Shown piece by piece: positions 17,659-28,365 of a DNA stretch of 54,854 nucleotides. A model generated the notes under the pieces. The model was not told the origin of the DNA. It saw nothing but the letters and a program-made list of their open reading frames with translations, and searched no databases. How positions within the stretch are numbered: position 1 is the first letter of the stretch; each line of letters starts with the position of its first letter. The translations under genes and the position numbers were made by a program. Source of the DNA: Desulfobacterales bacterium (GTDB lineage Bacteria; Desulfobacterota; Desulfobacteria; Desulfobacterales; C00003060); assembly GCA_013375395.1 (NCBI GenBank), contig JABXJW010000002.1, forward strand, positions 3,733 through 58,586, written 5' to 3'.

Positions 17659-18438
17659 ATGACTCTAAAATCTGTAAGCATTTCTCGCATCTCGAAAGCG
17701 AACACCATCGCGAAGCCCGTTGAAGCATCAGAAAAATCGACAAGCCACGCCGTTCAAAAGAAAATGGGTGGAGGACGTCGTTTTTCCGATTTACCGCTTG
17801 GTGTACGGCATCAGTTTGAACAGTTGAAGTCTAGTATTATCCTTGGAAGCAGCGCCCAAAGAATCAAATCCATTCTTTTTACAAGTTACAATCATGGAGA
17901 AGGAACCTCTACTGTAATAGCCAATTTCGCTGAATCCCTGGTACAAGACAGAAAATATAAAATCTTGATGGTTGACGCAAATACCCGCAGTCCCGCATTA
18001 CACCAACTTGCCGGGGTCAATAACCCCGACGATAACCTTGTTTTTTCAGACATGCTAACGCAACAAATTGCAGAGTCGGATTTACCGAAGCCCTCTCCCA
18101 CTTCTAACCTATCCCTTGTTCCGTGCGGAAGCACTGCGTATCACCCATCACAGATTTTCGACCATACCAAATTTTCAAATTTCATCAACAGAGTCACAAA
18201 ACTCTTTGATTTCGTAATCTTTGATTCAAGCCCCGTTGGAAAGTACTACGACCCGGTTATCCTGGCTTCTCACGTCGACGGTGTTATATTGGTCGTACAG
18301 GCGGAAAAGACACCATTCCACGAACTAAAAAGGGCCAACCAAATCTTACAAGACGGAAATATCCCCATACTGGGAGCGGTTTTGAACAGACGGAGATTTT
18401 ATATTCCGCAAGTCATCTTTGAAAGATTCCTTAGATAG
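17659..18438 (+). CDS. BY-kinase-like P-loop ATPase (CpsD/EpsG-type) with a degenerate Walker A
   Basis: Walker A region SYNHGEGTSTVIANFA, Walker A' ILMVDANTRSP, Walker B FDFVIFDSSPV. ATG 17659 is preferred over TTG 17596. Confidence 0.75.
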   Translation: MTLKSVSISRISKANTIAKPVEASEKSTSHAVQKKMGGGRRFSDLPLGVRHQFEQLKSSIILGSSAQRIKSILFTSYNHGEGTSTVIANFAESLVQDRKYKILMVDANTRSPALHQLAGVNNPDDNLVFSDMLTQQIAESDLPKPSPTSNLSLVPCGSTAYHPSQIFDHTKFSNFINRVTKLFDFVIFDSSPVGKYYDPVILASHVDGVILVVQAEKTPFHELKRANQILQDGNIPILGAVLNRRRFYIPQVIFERFLR

Positions 18439-18452
18439 AAAGGCCCGGAACG

Positions 18453-20015
18453 TTGGACGAAATACCGGAAAAGAACCTAATCTTATATAACATCCTCTAC
18501 ACAATATTTAGAAGAAAAGTTGCACTGATAAGTCTAAGTGCCACTTCCTTTCTGCTGATCATATTCTCTACTTTTCTGACAACGCCTACGTACAAAGGGA
18601 CCACAAAAATCTTGATTCGTTCAAATCCACAGCAGCAATTGATTTTATTCAAAGACCTGGCAACTCCCGGCCGTGAAGCCCCAAAGATCAACCCGGCAAG
18701 CAATCTGATTCAGATATTGACGGGCCAGCAGATGGCCCAGCAAGTCGTCGACAGATTCAGGCTGGATGAGAGACTCCGCAGAAAGAAGGAGAAGCCCGAA
18801 GAACTCCATGGTCTGATCAAACAGTTCCTGGTTAAACTGGTTAAAGCTGTTACTTATCCAATTACGCTTGTTAAGAACTTAGTTGGGGTAGAAGGACAGC
18901 CATCGAATTTTTTTTCGGATGCTGTGGATCGCCTTGTGGAGGAAGCCGAAGATATACAGTTGGAGGAAGAGAGCAACGTCATCAACTTGAGCATCTGGGA
19001 AGAAACACCGAAACTCTCGTCTGACATAGCTAATTATATGGCGGAACTACTTATAGAGAGATCCGCCGAATTAGAACAAGTCAATACAAAGCAGGCATAC
19101 GATTTTACCAGAGAGCAACTAAAGGCAGCCGAGGCGACCTTGAGAGACTCTGAAGCCGAACTGCTTCAATTTAGAGAAAAAAACGGGATTGTCAGCCTCG
19201 AGGAACAAAAGAAGGCCAAACTCGATGAATTGCACATGGTTGAAAACCAGCACATCAATGTGAAAACAGAGCTTTCCGAAGCAAAGGCAAGGCTTGACGA
19301 ACTGCGCAAGAGAATCTCGGCACAAAAAAAATTATTATCAGATTCACCAATATTTGCCAACAACCTGGTAGTGAAAGAACTGATAAATTCTTTAAACAGT
19401 GCTGAGATTCGGTTGGCCGGGGAGTTGGAAAAATTCACGGAATCCAGTAAGAGCGTAAAAAGTTTGAGAGCCCAGACATCAGAAAGCAGGGAAAAAATTG
19501 AAAAAGAGTTGAAAGCCATGATGAAATCCGATAGCGCCATTCTCGCGTCCATTCATCCGGATCTGCCAAAAGACTATGCTCAAATAACAGCCAATTTTGC
19601 AGCCCTTGCGGCCAAGCAAGTTTCACTCGAAAAGGAGATGAATGCGTTAAAAGCGGAGGCATTTTTGCTCTCTGTGTTGGAGACGAAACTAGAAAGCCTA
19701 AATAGGCGTAGAGAAACAAATGAGAGCCTGTACAAAAACCTCTTGGACAAGCACTCCGAACTCGAAGTCCTAAAGGCTTCTCAAATGAGTGGTCATGATT
19801 TAAAGATTATCGACAAGGCCTTTGTTCCCGAAGATGCCAGTCCTGATCGTCCCAATTGGATACTCGTAATCCCCTTTGGGTTTATGGCCAGCCTGCTGCT
19901 GAGTGTCGGTTCCGTCTTCTTCATCGAATACTGGGATGAAACCTTCAAGTCTGCCGGTGAGATCGAGCAGAGACTTGGGCTGACCGTCTTGTGCACTGTA
20001 CCGGATATGAATTGA
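18453..20015 (+). CDS. Polysaccharide chain-length determinant (Wzz/GumC/EpsF-like PCP)
   Basis: TTG start. N-terminal TM followed by PTYKGTTKILI, a long coiled-coil-like central region, and a C-terminal TM (WILVIPFGFMASLLLSVGSVFFIEY). Confidence 0.8.
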   Translation: MDEIPEKNLILYNILYTIFRRKVALISLSATSFLLIIFSTFLTTPTYKGTTKILIRSNPQQQLILFKDLATPGREAPKINPASNLIQILTGQQMAQQVVDRFRLDERLRRKKEKPEELHGLIKQFLVKLVKAVTYPITLVKNLVGVEGQPSNFFSDAVDRLVEEAEDIQLEEESNVINLSIWEETPKLSSDIANYMAELLIERSAELEQVNTKQAYDFTREQLKAAEATLRDSEAELLQFREKNGIVSLEEQKKAKLDELHMVENQHINVKTELSEAKARLDELRKRISAQKKLLSDSPIFANNLVVKELINSLNSAEIRLAGELEKFTESSKSVKSLRAQTSESREKIEKELKAMMKSDSAILASIHPDLPKDYAQITANFAALAAKQVSLEKEMNALKAEAFLLSVLETKLESLNRRRETNESLYKNLLDKHSELEVLKASQMSGHDLKIIDKAFVPEDASPDRPNWILVIPFGFMASLLLSVGSVFFIEYWDETFKSAGEIEQRLGLTVLCTVPDMN

Positions 20016-20028
20016 GACAGAACAGCTT

Positions 20029-21699
20029 ATGGCGAAAACAGGGGGAAATGGAAAAGTCGTAGTCATTGGGCTGGATGGAGGAAGCTTTGCGGTCATTGAT
20101 CCGTTGATCAAAGAAGGAAAACTGCCCAACATAGCAAGACTTATTGAGGAAGGTGTCAGAGGTGACTTAGAGTCCACTGTGCCACCGGTAACCGGCCCTG
20201 CCTGGGCGTCATTCATGACCGGCAAATCGCCCGGAGCGCATAGCCTTTTTGATTTCGTCAAACGTGTTCCCAATGAATCCGCAAGACAGATCGTCAATTA
20301 CAACCATATCAAATCAAAGACCTTGTGGTCAATTCTGAGTGAACAGGGCAAGAAAATAGGCATCATTAACGTGCCCATTACATACCCCCCTTCAGAGGTG
20401 AGCGGTTTCCTGATCTCGGGGATGCTGACACCAAGCATACAATCGCAATATACCTATCCCGCTTCTTTGTCCCAAGAACTGGAGGCTAAATTTGGCCAAT
20501 ATGTACTTGATATATGGTGGCAGCACTATGGGCCCAAGCGTATCAAACGATTCTTGCAAGATCTTATGGATTGCACCAATAAGAGGGGGAAAATTGCCCT
20601 CTACCTGATGGAGAGCCGCGAGTGGGACCTTTTCATGACTGTTTTCATAGGGATGGATCGTATACAACATGCGTTATGGAATTTTCTCTTCCCACTGGAC
20701 CTCCGGAACTTATCTCCAAAAGAGGAGGAAATTAGAGACCTGATAATAGAGTATTATCAACTCGTGGATAGTATCATAGGAAAGTTGGTTGCGGCCGTTG
20801 ATGGAAACGGGAATCTTGTTATCATGTCGGACCACGGATTTGGCCCTTTGAACGGGAAGTTGTATATAAACAAATGGCTGGAAGATCTTGGTCTTCTAAC
20901 CTATGACCGCACAAAAATAAACAGGTATCGCACAACACACAGACTGGCTTCTTTGTTGAGGTCCATCGTGAGCAATATGGATTTACTGCGTCTCAGAAAG
21001 ATGCTTATGATCGCCAAGGCACGCGAGACAAGGACTACTTGCGGCTTTCTTGACTGCATAGATTGGTCAAGGACGGTGGCATACGCCGCATCTAACACTG
21101 AACAGGGCATATATCTCAATCTCGAAGGCAGGGAACCTTATGGCATTGTTAAACCAGGCGGCGATTGGGAAGAAACCAGGGACTTCATCATAGAGAAGCT
21201 GAGGGAACTTAAGCACCCAGAAACAAAAGAAAAACTGGCCAGTAGGATTTACAAAAGAGAAGATATCTATTCAGGTCCTTACGTGAATGATGCTCCGGAC
21301 ATAATATTTCTCCTACGGGAAGGCCAATACTTGGCAGATGTTCAACCCAGCAATTACCTGATCGAACGACCGAGCTGGAAAACAGGTACTGGAACGCATA
21401 GAATGGAGGGAGTATTCATAGGATATGGCAGAGACATAAGAAATGGGATTCATATTTCCAATGCCAGGATTATCGATGTTGCCCCTACCGTTCTCAATCT
21501 AATGAATGTACCAATCCCTGACGACATGGATGGAAGGGTTCTCACGGAAATCTTTGCTGTTCACTTCCTAAAGGACAATCCCCCCCTGTATGTTGGGCCG
21601 TCGGACCAGGTTGATTCGGACAAAGAGGCAGACGGGCTCTATTCTGACAGTGAATCAGCACATCTCAAGGAACAACTTAAAGGCCTGGGATATTTGTAG
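20029..21699 (+). CDS. Alkaline-phosphatase-superfamily protein, type I phosphodiesterase/nucleotide pyrophosphatase family (paralogue 1)
   Basis: VVVIGLDGGSF, PPVTGPAWASFMTGKSPGAH, DRIQHALW, IMSDHGFG, GTHRMEG and DVAPTVLNLMNVPIPDDMDGRVL. The C-terminus is LKGLGYL. No signal peptide. Confidence 0.8.
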   Translation: MAKTGGNGKVVVIGLDGGSFAVIDPLIKEGKLPNIARLIEEGVRGDLESTVPPVTGPAWASFMTGKSPGAHSLFDFVKRVPNESARQIVNYNHIKSKTLWSILSEQGKKIGIINVPITYPPSEVSGFLISGMLTPSIQSQYTYPASLSQELEAKFGQYVLDIWWQHYGPKRIKRFLQDLMDCTNKRGKIALYLMESREWDLFMTVFIGMDRIQHALWNFLFPLDLRNLSPKEEEIRDLIIEYYQLVDSIIGKLVAAVDGNGNLVIMSDHGFGPLNGKLYINKWLEDLGLLTYDRTKINRYRTTHRLASLLRSIVSNMDLLRLRKMLMIAKARETRTTCGFLDCIDWSRTVAYAASNTEQGIYLNLEGREPYGIVKPGGDWEETRDFIIEKLRELKHPETKEKLASRIYKREDIYSGPYVNDAPDIIFLLREGQYLADVQPSNYLIERPSWKTGTGTHRMEGVFIGYGRDIRNGIHISNARIIDVAPTVLNLMNVPIPDDMDGRVLTEIFAVHFLKDNPPLYVGPSDQVDSDKEADGLYSDSESAHLKEQLKGLGYL

Positions 21700-21894
21700 C
21701 AAAGCTGGAAGAACATAGAGGAGTTCAAACCCCGTTGCCAAGATGCTCAAGGGGTATGTTGCCACCCTTGAGTTTGGCACAGGTCACCTCCGACAGTTCG
21801 GCTTCTTCACGGTTTTAATCTTTTTTGACAAACATAAATACTCACTGGTCAGTCTAAAGTTCGCATAATTACCTGAAATTATTAGCAGCTAATT

Positions 21895-21930
21895 CCCCCC
21901 TTTCCTAAAGGGGGGTTAGGGGGGATTTTT
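21895..21930 (+). terminator. Rho-independent terminator candidate with alternative G-run pairing
   Basis: cccccc ttt-cct-aaa gggggg forms a 9-bp stem. A second gggggg run (21919-21924) followed by attttt could pair with the same C-run instead. Confidence 0.45.
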
Positions 21931-21986
21931 GCGCAACTTCCTGAAATCCCCTTAAATCCACCTTTAAAAAAGGGGAACTTAACGGC

Positions 21987-23537
21987 GTGTTTCCGAGAAC
22001 TTTGGACTCTCAAGATACTCAGATGCATTCTCCAATCCATGCTACACAAGGTGACTTATCGAAGTTAGCAAAAGGGGCAGGCGCAGTTTTTTTCGGAACA
22101 ATCTTCGGTAGCATTGTCACCTACGTCTACAATGTTTATATTGCCAGAACATTAGGATCTGAACTCTACGGCTCGTATTCATTAGGGCTGTATGTTTTCA
22201 ATATCGCAGCTGTCGTCTCTCTTATGGGGCTGCATACGGCGATTTTGAGATATGTCGCCCTTTACAACGGGGCGAGTAAGCACGAAAAAACGAAAGGCGC
22301 CATTATCTCAGGACTTTCCTTGGCCTTGCCAATGAGCGTTGCAACAGCAGCTGCATTGTATACCCTCTCTGATTTCCTGGCTGTCAGGCTATTCCATGAA
22401 CTCCTGTTGGGACGTGTTTTGAGAATGTTTGCTATTGGTATCCCTTTTATAAATGTATCTACTCTGCTTATGTTCGCAACACAAGGTTTTCAAATAGTGA
22501 AATATCGGGTTTATATTAGGAACGCCTTCGAACCTGTTGGCAAGCTGCTTTTCGCCGCCATATTTCTATTTTTCGGCTGGCAATTAGATGGCGTCTTACG
22601 AGCCTTCGTCCTGACACTTATTATCACATCTGTTCTTTTCTCGCGTTCGTTGTTGAAGATCTCTCCCCAGCTTCGCGAGGGCATAAGACCTGAATATGTC
22701 TTCAAGGAACTCATCATATTTTCCCTTCCTTTGATACCTGTGAGCATTTTGCAGGCCGTTACTCAGAGGATGGAACCCCTGATACTGGGAAACCTTTGCT
22801 CGCCGTATGAGGTGGGATTGTACTCTGCTGCTTACCAAACGGCAATGTTAATCACCATAGTGCTCATGTCATTAAACATCATTTTTGCCCCGATGATTTC
22901 CGATTTGCACAACAAGGGGGAACTCCCGAAGCTGGAAAGCCTTTTTAGGATCGTCACCAGGTGGGCATTTACACTGTGCATTCCTTTAGTTGTGATGACG
23001 ATCTTTTTTGCTCGAGAAATCTTGCAAATTTTTGGCAGTCAATTCGTGGCGGCAGCCGGCTGCCTGGTCATCTTGGCTCTGGGGCAACTTGGCCATTCGG
23101 CAACGGGCCCAGTGGCATTCATGCTGATGATGTCCGGAAGGACCATGATTATACTGGTAAACGCGTCACTAGCCCTTTTATTGAAACTCATTCTTAATAT
23201 CTTACTAATACCCAAATTTGGCTTAGTGGGCGCGGCGACGGCGGCGGCGATTTCTATTATTATCCTCAATCTCGCCATGGTAGTCCAAGTCTTCTACGTT
23301 CTAAGGATGCACCCTTTTGTACCCAGCTTTTTCAAACCCATATTCTGTGGCATAGCTGCCATTCTAATTGTATACGCCGTTAAGTTTCTCGCAAATATTG
23401 ACGGTCTCGTTGGACTTTTCATTTTGGGGCTGACCTTTATGGCTTTTTATGCGATACTAATCACCTTATACGGTATGAACAGTGAAGACAGAATGGTCTT
23501 TTCGGCGATCAAACGCCGAGCCCTAGGAGTTAGATGA
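21987..23537 (+). CDS. Polysaccharide flippase (Wzx / MOP-superfamily polysaccharide biosynthesis protein)
   Basis: About 516 aa, highly hydrophobic with many TM segments. GTG 21987 lies about 11 nt after AAGGGGA (alternative start ATG 22023). The stop overlaps the next gene (ATGA). Confidence 0.75.
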   Translation: MFPRTLDSQDTQMHSPIHATQGDLSKLAKGAGAVFFGTIFGSIVTYVYNVYIARTLGSELYGSYSLGLYVFNIAAVVSLMGLHTAILRYVALYNGASKHEKTKGAIISGLSLALPMSVATAAALYTLSDFLAVRLFHELLLGRVLRMFAIGIPFINVSTLLMFATQGFQIVKYRVYIRNAFEPVGKLLFAAIFLFFGWQLDGVLRAFVLTLIITSVLFSRSLLKISPQLREGIRPEYVFKELIIFSLPLIPVSILQAVTQRMEPLILGNLCSPYEVGLYSAAYQTAMLITIVLMSLNIIFAPMISDLHNKGELPKLESLFRIVTRWAFTLCIPLVVMTIFFAREILQIFGSQFVAAAGCLVILALGQLGHSATGPVAFMLMMSGRTMIILVNASLALLLKLILNILLIPKFGLVGAATAAAISIIILNLAMVVQVFYVLRMHPFVPSFFKPIFCGIAAILIVYAVKFLANIDGLVGLFILGLTFMAFYAILITLYGMNSEDRMVFSAIKRRALGVR

Positions 23538-25156
23538 TGAGTGATGCAAAGAATAAGGTTTTTGTCATAGGCCTTGATGGGGCAACCTGGGATGTTCTAA
23601 CGCCCCTGATGCACGAAGGAAAAATGCCGTTTCTCAGACAGATGACTGAAAGAGCAGCAACTAGCAATCTTGAATCCACTATTCCTCCAATGACCGGATG
23701 TGCATGGACATCCTTTCAAACGGGCTTAACTCCTGGCAATCACGGCATTTTTCATTTCGTTAAATTCGACAGGGCCTCGAAGGAACTCAGATTTGTCAAC
23801 TCATCGAGCCTGAAATCGAAAACCATCTGGGAGATTGCAAGTGAATTCGATAAGAAGGTGATTTCTATCAACGTTCCAATGACCTATCCTCCACTGAGAG
23901 TAAACGGAATGATGATTTCAGGTATCCCCATCCCCAGCCAAAATGCCGGCATTGCTTATCCGAATGGCCTGTATCAGGAAATTCTGGATCATGTAAAGGA
24001 ATACAAAGCTGTAATCCACCAACACGTCTACTTCTCCAGAGGGCTGGACTATTTTGTCGATCAGCTCATCCAAACTATCGAAAATCGAAAAAAGACTGCC
24101 TTGTACCTGTTGAAGAACTACGAATGGGACCTGTTCATGGTCCACTTCCAGTCCGTGGACGTCCTCCAACATGCCCTGTGGAATATCATAATAAATAGCC
24201 CCGGTACGTCAGAACGAGAAAAGGCCAAGGTTTACACGTTTTACGAACGCCTCGACGAAATAATCGCCAGACTGTTTGAAGAAATAGACGATACAACCAC
24301 GGCCGTCATTATGTCTGACCATGGATTTGGCGGTGACAAGAAAGTCTTCTACATAAACACTTGGCTAATGAATGAGGGCCTGCTGGTGCCCCACAAGAGG
24401 TTAAAGGCATCAACATTTTCCTCACAGGTTGCTAATTTCTTGCGGAAGGTAGATAAGCGTCGATTACGTTCGATATTTTTTAAGACTCACAAGAGAAGAG
24501 CATTTATTCTTAACGAGGTTAACAACATAATAGATTGGTCAGTCACTAGCGCACTGGCAGTTACAGTGGGGCCTTACGCATTGCTGTTTCTGAACTCTGG
24601 CGCAGAGGGACAAGATTCCGAAGCGCAACTCAGGGAAAGGATCATCAAAAAACTTGGCAAAATAACTGACCCGTCTAGCGGCAATCAGATAATGAGTGAG
24701 GTGCTCTTTAAGGAACAAATTTATCAAGGGGCATCTGTCGGTGAATCCCCGGATATGGTTTGCGTCGCCAAAAACGGTTACTCCTTCGATTTCCACTTAG
24801 ACACATCGAGAAGAGCTGTGCTCCAGGACCTCGATTCCGTGTATCAACCCCCTGGTTCCCATAGAACCGACGGAATACTCCTGTTGGTCGGAAATTCTGT
24901 TAGCAAAAACTCTACTCTGATTAGCCCCAGGATTTTTGACCTAGCACCTACTATTCTCTTCACATTGGGAGTGCCAATTCCCAGGAGTATGGAAGGCAGG
25001 GTTCTCACGGAGGCCTTTACGCCGGAATTCCTGAAAACGAGTAAGCCAATGATTAGAGATATTAACATCGACCGCAGTGAATCATCTGGCTATGATTTTT
25101 CGAGTGAAGAAGAAATGCAAATTCACAGGAGCTTGAAGGGCTTGGGATACTTTTAG
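23534..25156 (+). CDS. Alkaline-phosphatase-superfamily phosphodiesterase-family protein (paralogue 2)
   Basis: VFVIGLDGATW, PPMTGCAWTSFQTGLTPGNHGIF, DVLQHALW, IMSDHGFG, GSHRTDG and DLAPTILFTLGVPIPRSMEGRVL. The C-terminus is LKGLGYF. Confidence 0.8.
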   Translation: MMSDAKNKVFVIGLDGATWDVLTPLMHEGKMPFLRQMTERAATSNLESTIPPMTGCAWTSFQTGLTPGNHGIFHFVKFDRASKELRFVNSSSLKSKTIWEIASEFDKKVISINVPMTYPPLRVNGMMISGIPIPSQNAGIAYPNGLYQEILDHVKEYKAVIHQHVYFSRGLDYFVDQLIQTIENRKKTALYLLKNYEWDLFMVHFQSVDVLQHALWNIIINSPGTSEREKAKVYTFYERLDEIIARLFEEIDDTTTAVIMSDHGFGGDKKVFYINTWLMNEGLLVPHKRLKASTFSSQVANFLRKVDKRRLRSIFFKTHKRRAFILNEVNNIIDWSVTSALAVTVGPYALLFLNSGAEGQDSEAQLRERIIKKLGKITDPSSGNQIMSEVLFKEQIYQGASVGESPDMVCVAKNGYSFDFHLDTSRRAVLQDLDSVYQPPGSHRTDGILLLVGNSVSKNSTLISPRIFDLAPTILFTLGVPIPRSMEGRVLTEAFTPEFLKTSKPMIRDINIDRSESSGYDFSSEEEMQIHRSLKGLGYF

Positions 25157-25242
25157 GCATTGATTGTAATGGCCGTCCGACCGTAAACAACTTTGGTCCA
25201 GCCGATTATTTGATGTTTTTTTCCGGAAGGGGAAATTCGGAG

Positions 25243-26745
25243 ATGTCTCAACCCACGACAAATCCAAATACCGTCTCAGTGAAAATGAAATCACCAGTTT
25301 CGGTTGCTTTGTTATTTGTGATTCCCTTTGTCCTCGGATATTGCGTCCTTTTCTCTTTTAGTCTGCGCATTGCACTTGCGGTGTTGGTATCGATACCGTG
25401 CATTGCGGTGGTTCTTTATCGGCCATTTTTCCCCGTCCTAGCGTTTGTCTTTACCTGGTCTTTTTCCTCGCTGCTGGCCCTGCCGATTACAGCAGGAGGT
25501 TTCAAACTCTCTACTCTCATCCTCATAGCCGCTTTCCTGATATGGACAGTCAAGGCTTTTTTGGTTAAAGATCGGGATCTGTTCATCACCCCTCTCGGCA
25601 AGCCTGTTCATGTTCTGGTCCTGACTCTCTTCATTATTTCCCTGATCTCTATACTGAATGGTCGCAATCTTGAGGGTTCTCTGGTCCAAGTACAGAGATT
25701 TGCCTATTGTGTAATTATCTACTTTTTTCTCCTCTTATGCGTCAAGGAAACCAGTGAGGTCAAAAAAATAATTTTCGTTTTTGTTGGTGCGGGTTTTATA
25801 GTGTCCTTGTTCGGAATGGCGGAAGGCATGGGGTGGGATGTCTATTCGCGCTTAAACAACCGATCACTGCTTGGGTCTTCCCTTCCGCTGACCACAATGA
25901 TACGTCCAGGCAGTAGAATACACGGACTTGCGGCTGACGCTGATTTTCATGGTATGTATATGGCAGTAGTCTTTGTTTTTTCCCTTTATCTGTTTTTCGT
26001 CCATAGCTCAAAGGGCCTGCGCCTGTTCTATTCTGTAGTCATGTTACTTTCAGTAATCAATATCGTTGGAGCAGGTTCCAGGTCAGCCGCGTTAGGGTTT
26101 CTATTTTCCCTTGTAATCTTCTGGGTATTCGTCGAACTGCGATTCAAATGGCTCTTTTCTGTGCTCATGTTGGGGGGAATACTGCTCCTTGGTTTTTTCA
26201 TGCTTACGCTCGTTCCGGATTTGGACATAGAACGCTTTTATCGTCCCACGGGTAAGGCCAAATCTACTTTAGAGTTAAGAAAAAATAATGTAATGATCGG
26301 ATTGGCCATGAGCCTGGACAGTCCCTTGTTTGGTCATGGCCCTGACGGTTTCATGGCAAACTATCACCGGTACGCACCTCGTGTCGTTCCATCAGCCACA
26401 AAACGTCTGACTAGCCCCCTTAATGTGTATCTTCAAATCCTGGTTGAATATGGAATAATAGGTATTACCGCTTTCCTTTCAATATTGGGTCTGGCCATAA
26501 AATCTTTATTTGTTTCAGCCAAACGATTGAGCGGCACTGCTAGATATTTGCCGGCCGTTATCCTCAGTTCTTTGTGTGGTTATTCGGTCTTTGCGGCATT
26601 TGCTGGCGGTTATACTAACCAGTGCTACTGGATCATACTTGCTCTTTCGGCAATAATGGGTAGCATCGATCGGAGGCTCCAAAAGAGAGTGATCAACCCT
26701 TCCTTGACGGACGTCGGTGAACATCTAAACCCTAGCCTGAAATAA
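25243..26745 (+). CDS. O-antigen ligase/polymerase family membrane protein (Wzy-like)
   Basis: Polytopic membrane protein with GAGSRSAALGFLFSLVIFW and a later NVYLQILVEYGIIGITAFL segment typical of the Wzy_C/O-antigen ligase family. ATG 25243 lies after GGAAGGGG (alternative start 25210). Confidence 0.7.
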   Translation: MSQPTTNPNTVSVKMKSPVSVALLFVIPFVLGYCVLFSFSLRIALAVLVSIPCIAVVLYRPFFPVLAFVFTWSFSSLLALPITAGGFKLSTLILIAAFLIWTVKAFLVKDRDLFITPLGKPVHVLVLTLFIISLISILNGRNLEGSLVQVQRFAYCVIIYFFLLLCVKETSEVKKIIFVFVGAGFIVSLFGMAEGMGWDVYSRLNNRSLLGSSLPLTTMIRPGSRIHGLAADADFHGMYMAVVFVFSLYLFFVHSSKGLRLFYSVVMLLSVINIVGAGSRSAALGFLFSLVIFWVFVELRFKWLFSVLMLGGILLLGFFMLTLVPDLDIERFYRPTGKAKSTLELRKNNVMIGLAMSLDSPLFGHGPDGFMANYHRYAPRVVPSATKRLTSPLNVYLQILVEYGIIGITAFLSILGLAIKSLFVSAKRLSGTARYLPAVILSSLCGYSVFAAFAGGYTNQCYWIILALSAIMGSIDRRLQKRVINPSLTDVGEHLNPSLK

Positions 26746-26762
26746 GAGCAATCGCGAAAGCA

Positions 26763-28250
26763 ATGATGAGATCATTGATATTATTGGTAGCAGGCTCCTG
26801 TGTCATACTCAACCTAACCGTGATCTCTTCGGTCTGTTCCGAATACGTTGTGTCAACCTGCCCTGCTGAGGCGAAGTTCCAACAGACCAAAGTTTTGTAC
26901 GGTGATAAGAAGCTGCAAACCTCATTTTCAGAGTCCCCTTTGGGTGTCGCCTTTGGTTTCCGGTATAGAGGCCAGATCTTTATGCCCTACATTAAGGAGC
27001 TGGGAATAAACCTTACCAAGTTGTACATCTATTGGCAGGAGGTCGAGCCAGAGAAAGGGAAGTATGAATGGAGATGCATTGACAACTTTCTGAATCAGTT
27101 AGACCAGGACACTGAAGTTCTTATTGCCCTATGGAGCAGCTCAAACTGGGCAACGAAACAGAAGGCCTTTAAGGGCGGCTCTGCACCCCTGAATATGAAT
27201 CAGTACTACAGATTCGTTTTTGAGGTTGTCAAGCACTGCCAGGGAAAGATAAGATATTGGCAAAACGACTGCGAACCCAACTCTGCCGATTTCTGGAAAG
27301 GATCCAAAGAAGAATTTGTTACCACCCTAAGAGCCTTCTACAAGGCGGTCAAGGACGCCGATTCGAAGGCACAGGTAATCGTCGGAGGCCATAACGGGCA
27401 CTTCCGCGCCCAAACCCCAGGCAATCAACCTTTTTTCGACCATGTCTTTAAGGAGGCAAAGGACTCTTTTGACGTCTTTGACCTGAGACTTTACGGCGAT
27501 ATTTACACTGTTCCCGACCGGGTTGAATGGTTTAGAAAGAGAATGCGAGATTTTGGCTTTCAGAAGCCAATTGTTTGCACGGAGTACGGGGGGCCTTGGC
27601 CTGCGATCTGTCCTGATTACCCAGCGTGGAGAAGACAGTTCTCAAAGTTGCAGAGAAAACACGGAGCTAGAACAGCAAGGCGGATAATAGTAAATGGAAT
27701 GAAGAAAGACAGAGAAAAACTTTCTCCTTGCCTGCGGATGTTTCTGGATGACTGCAGCAAGAAACTGGACGACAGGAGACACCGAATCCACTCCCGGGAC
27801 ATCGTCGCCAGAACGATTATGGCTCTGTCCTGCGGCGTCAACAGGCTATGGTATTGGAATATGACGGGTTGGCGCGGCCACATAGTTTTCGGAAAATTCC
27901 CCCTAATGGATGAGAGGTTTGACCTAAGATATCCTGCCTTCTTTGCGTATCAAAGAATGGTTGAAAAATTGAAGGGCATGAAATCTGTGGAACAGATTAA
28001 GACAAGGGGTGAAAATGTGTATCTGTTTGCCATTGAAAAAGATAGTGACAAGAGGCTTTATGTCCTTTGGGAAAAAAGAGATCCGTACTTCGGCGAGGAT
28101 CAGGCACCCACGGCCCTTGAACTCGATATGAAAGCAAAAAAGATAATAGTCGAAGATGTATTTGGAAATCAAGAAGTAAAGAATGTCATACAGGACTCTC
28201 TGAAGATAGAGATCACGGATACGCCGTTGTATTTTGAAGCGGTTGAATAA
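26763..28250 (+). CDS. Secreted clan GH-A (TIM-barrel) glycoside hydrolase-like protein
   Basis: Signal peptide MMRSLILLVAGSCVILNL. YWQNDCEPN resembles the NEP acid/base motif and IVCTEYGG resembles the nucleophile motif. The GH family is not assignable by eye. Confidence 0.55.
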   Translation: MMRSLILLVAGSCVILNLTVISSVCSEYVVSTCPAEAKFQQTKVLYGDKKLQTSFSESPLGVAFGFRYRGQIFMPYIKELGINLTKLYIYWQEVEPEKGKYEWRCIDNFLNQLDQDTEVLIALWSSSNWATKQKAFKGGSAPLNMNQYYRFVFEVVKHCQGKIRYWQNDCEPNSADFWKGSKEEFVTTLRAFYKAVKDADSKAQVIVGGHNGHFRAQTPGNQPFFDHVFKEAKDSFDVFDLRLYGDIYTVPDRVEWFRKRMRDFGFQKPIVCTEYGGPWPAICPDYPAWRRQFSKLQRKHGARTARRIIVNGMKKDREKLSPCLRMFLDDCSKKLDDRRHRIHSRDIVARTIMALSCGVNRLWYWNMTGWRGHIVFGKFPLMDERFDLRYPAFFAYQRMVEKLKGMKSVEQIKTRGENVYLFAIEKDSDKRLYVLWEKRDPYFGEDQAPTALELDMKAKKIIVEDVFGNQEVKNVIQDSLKIEITDTPLYFEAVE

Positions 28251-28365
28251 TTGTCTTTGTGAAGTGAGGTTATGTTGCCACAGCCTGAAGCTACTTTGAA
28301 CCAGGCTTGAGGTGTTTCAACTGAGGGACATGTCCCCCCCATGAGCGTGGAGAAGGAGAGGCAGG

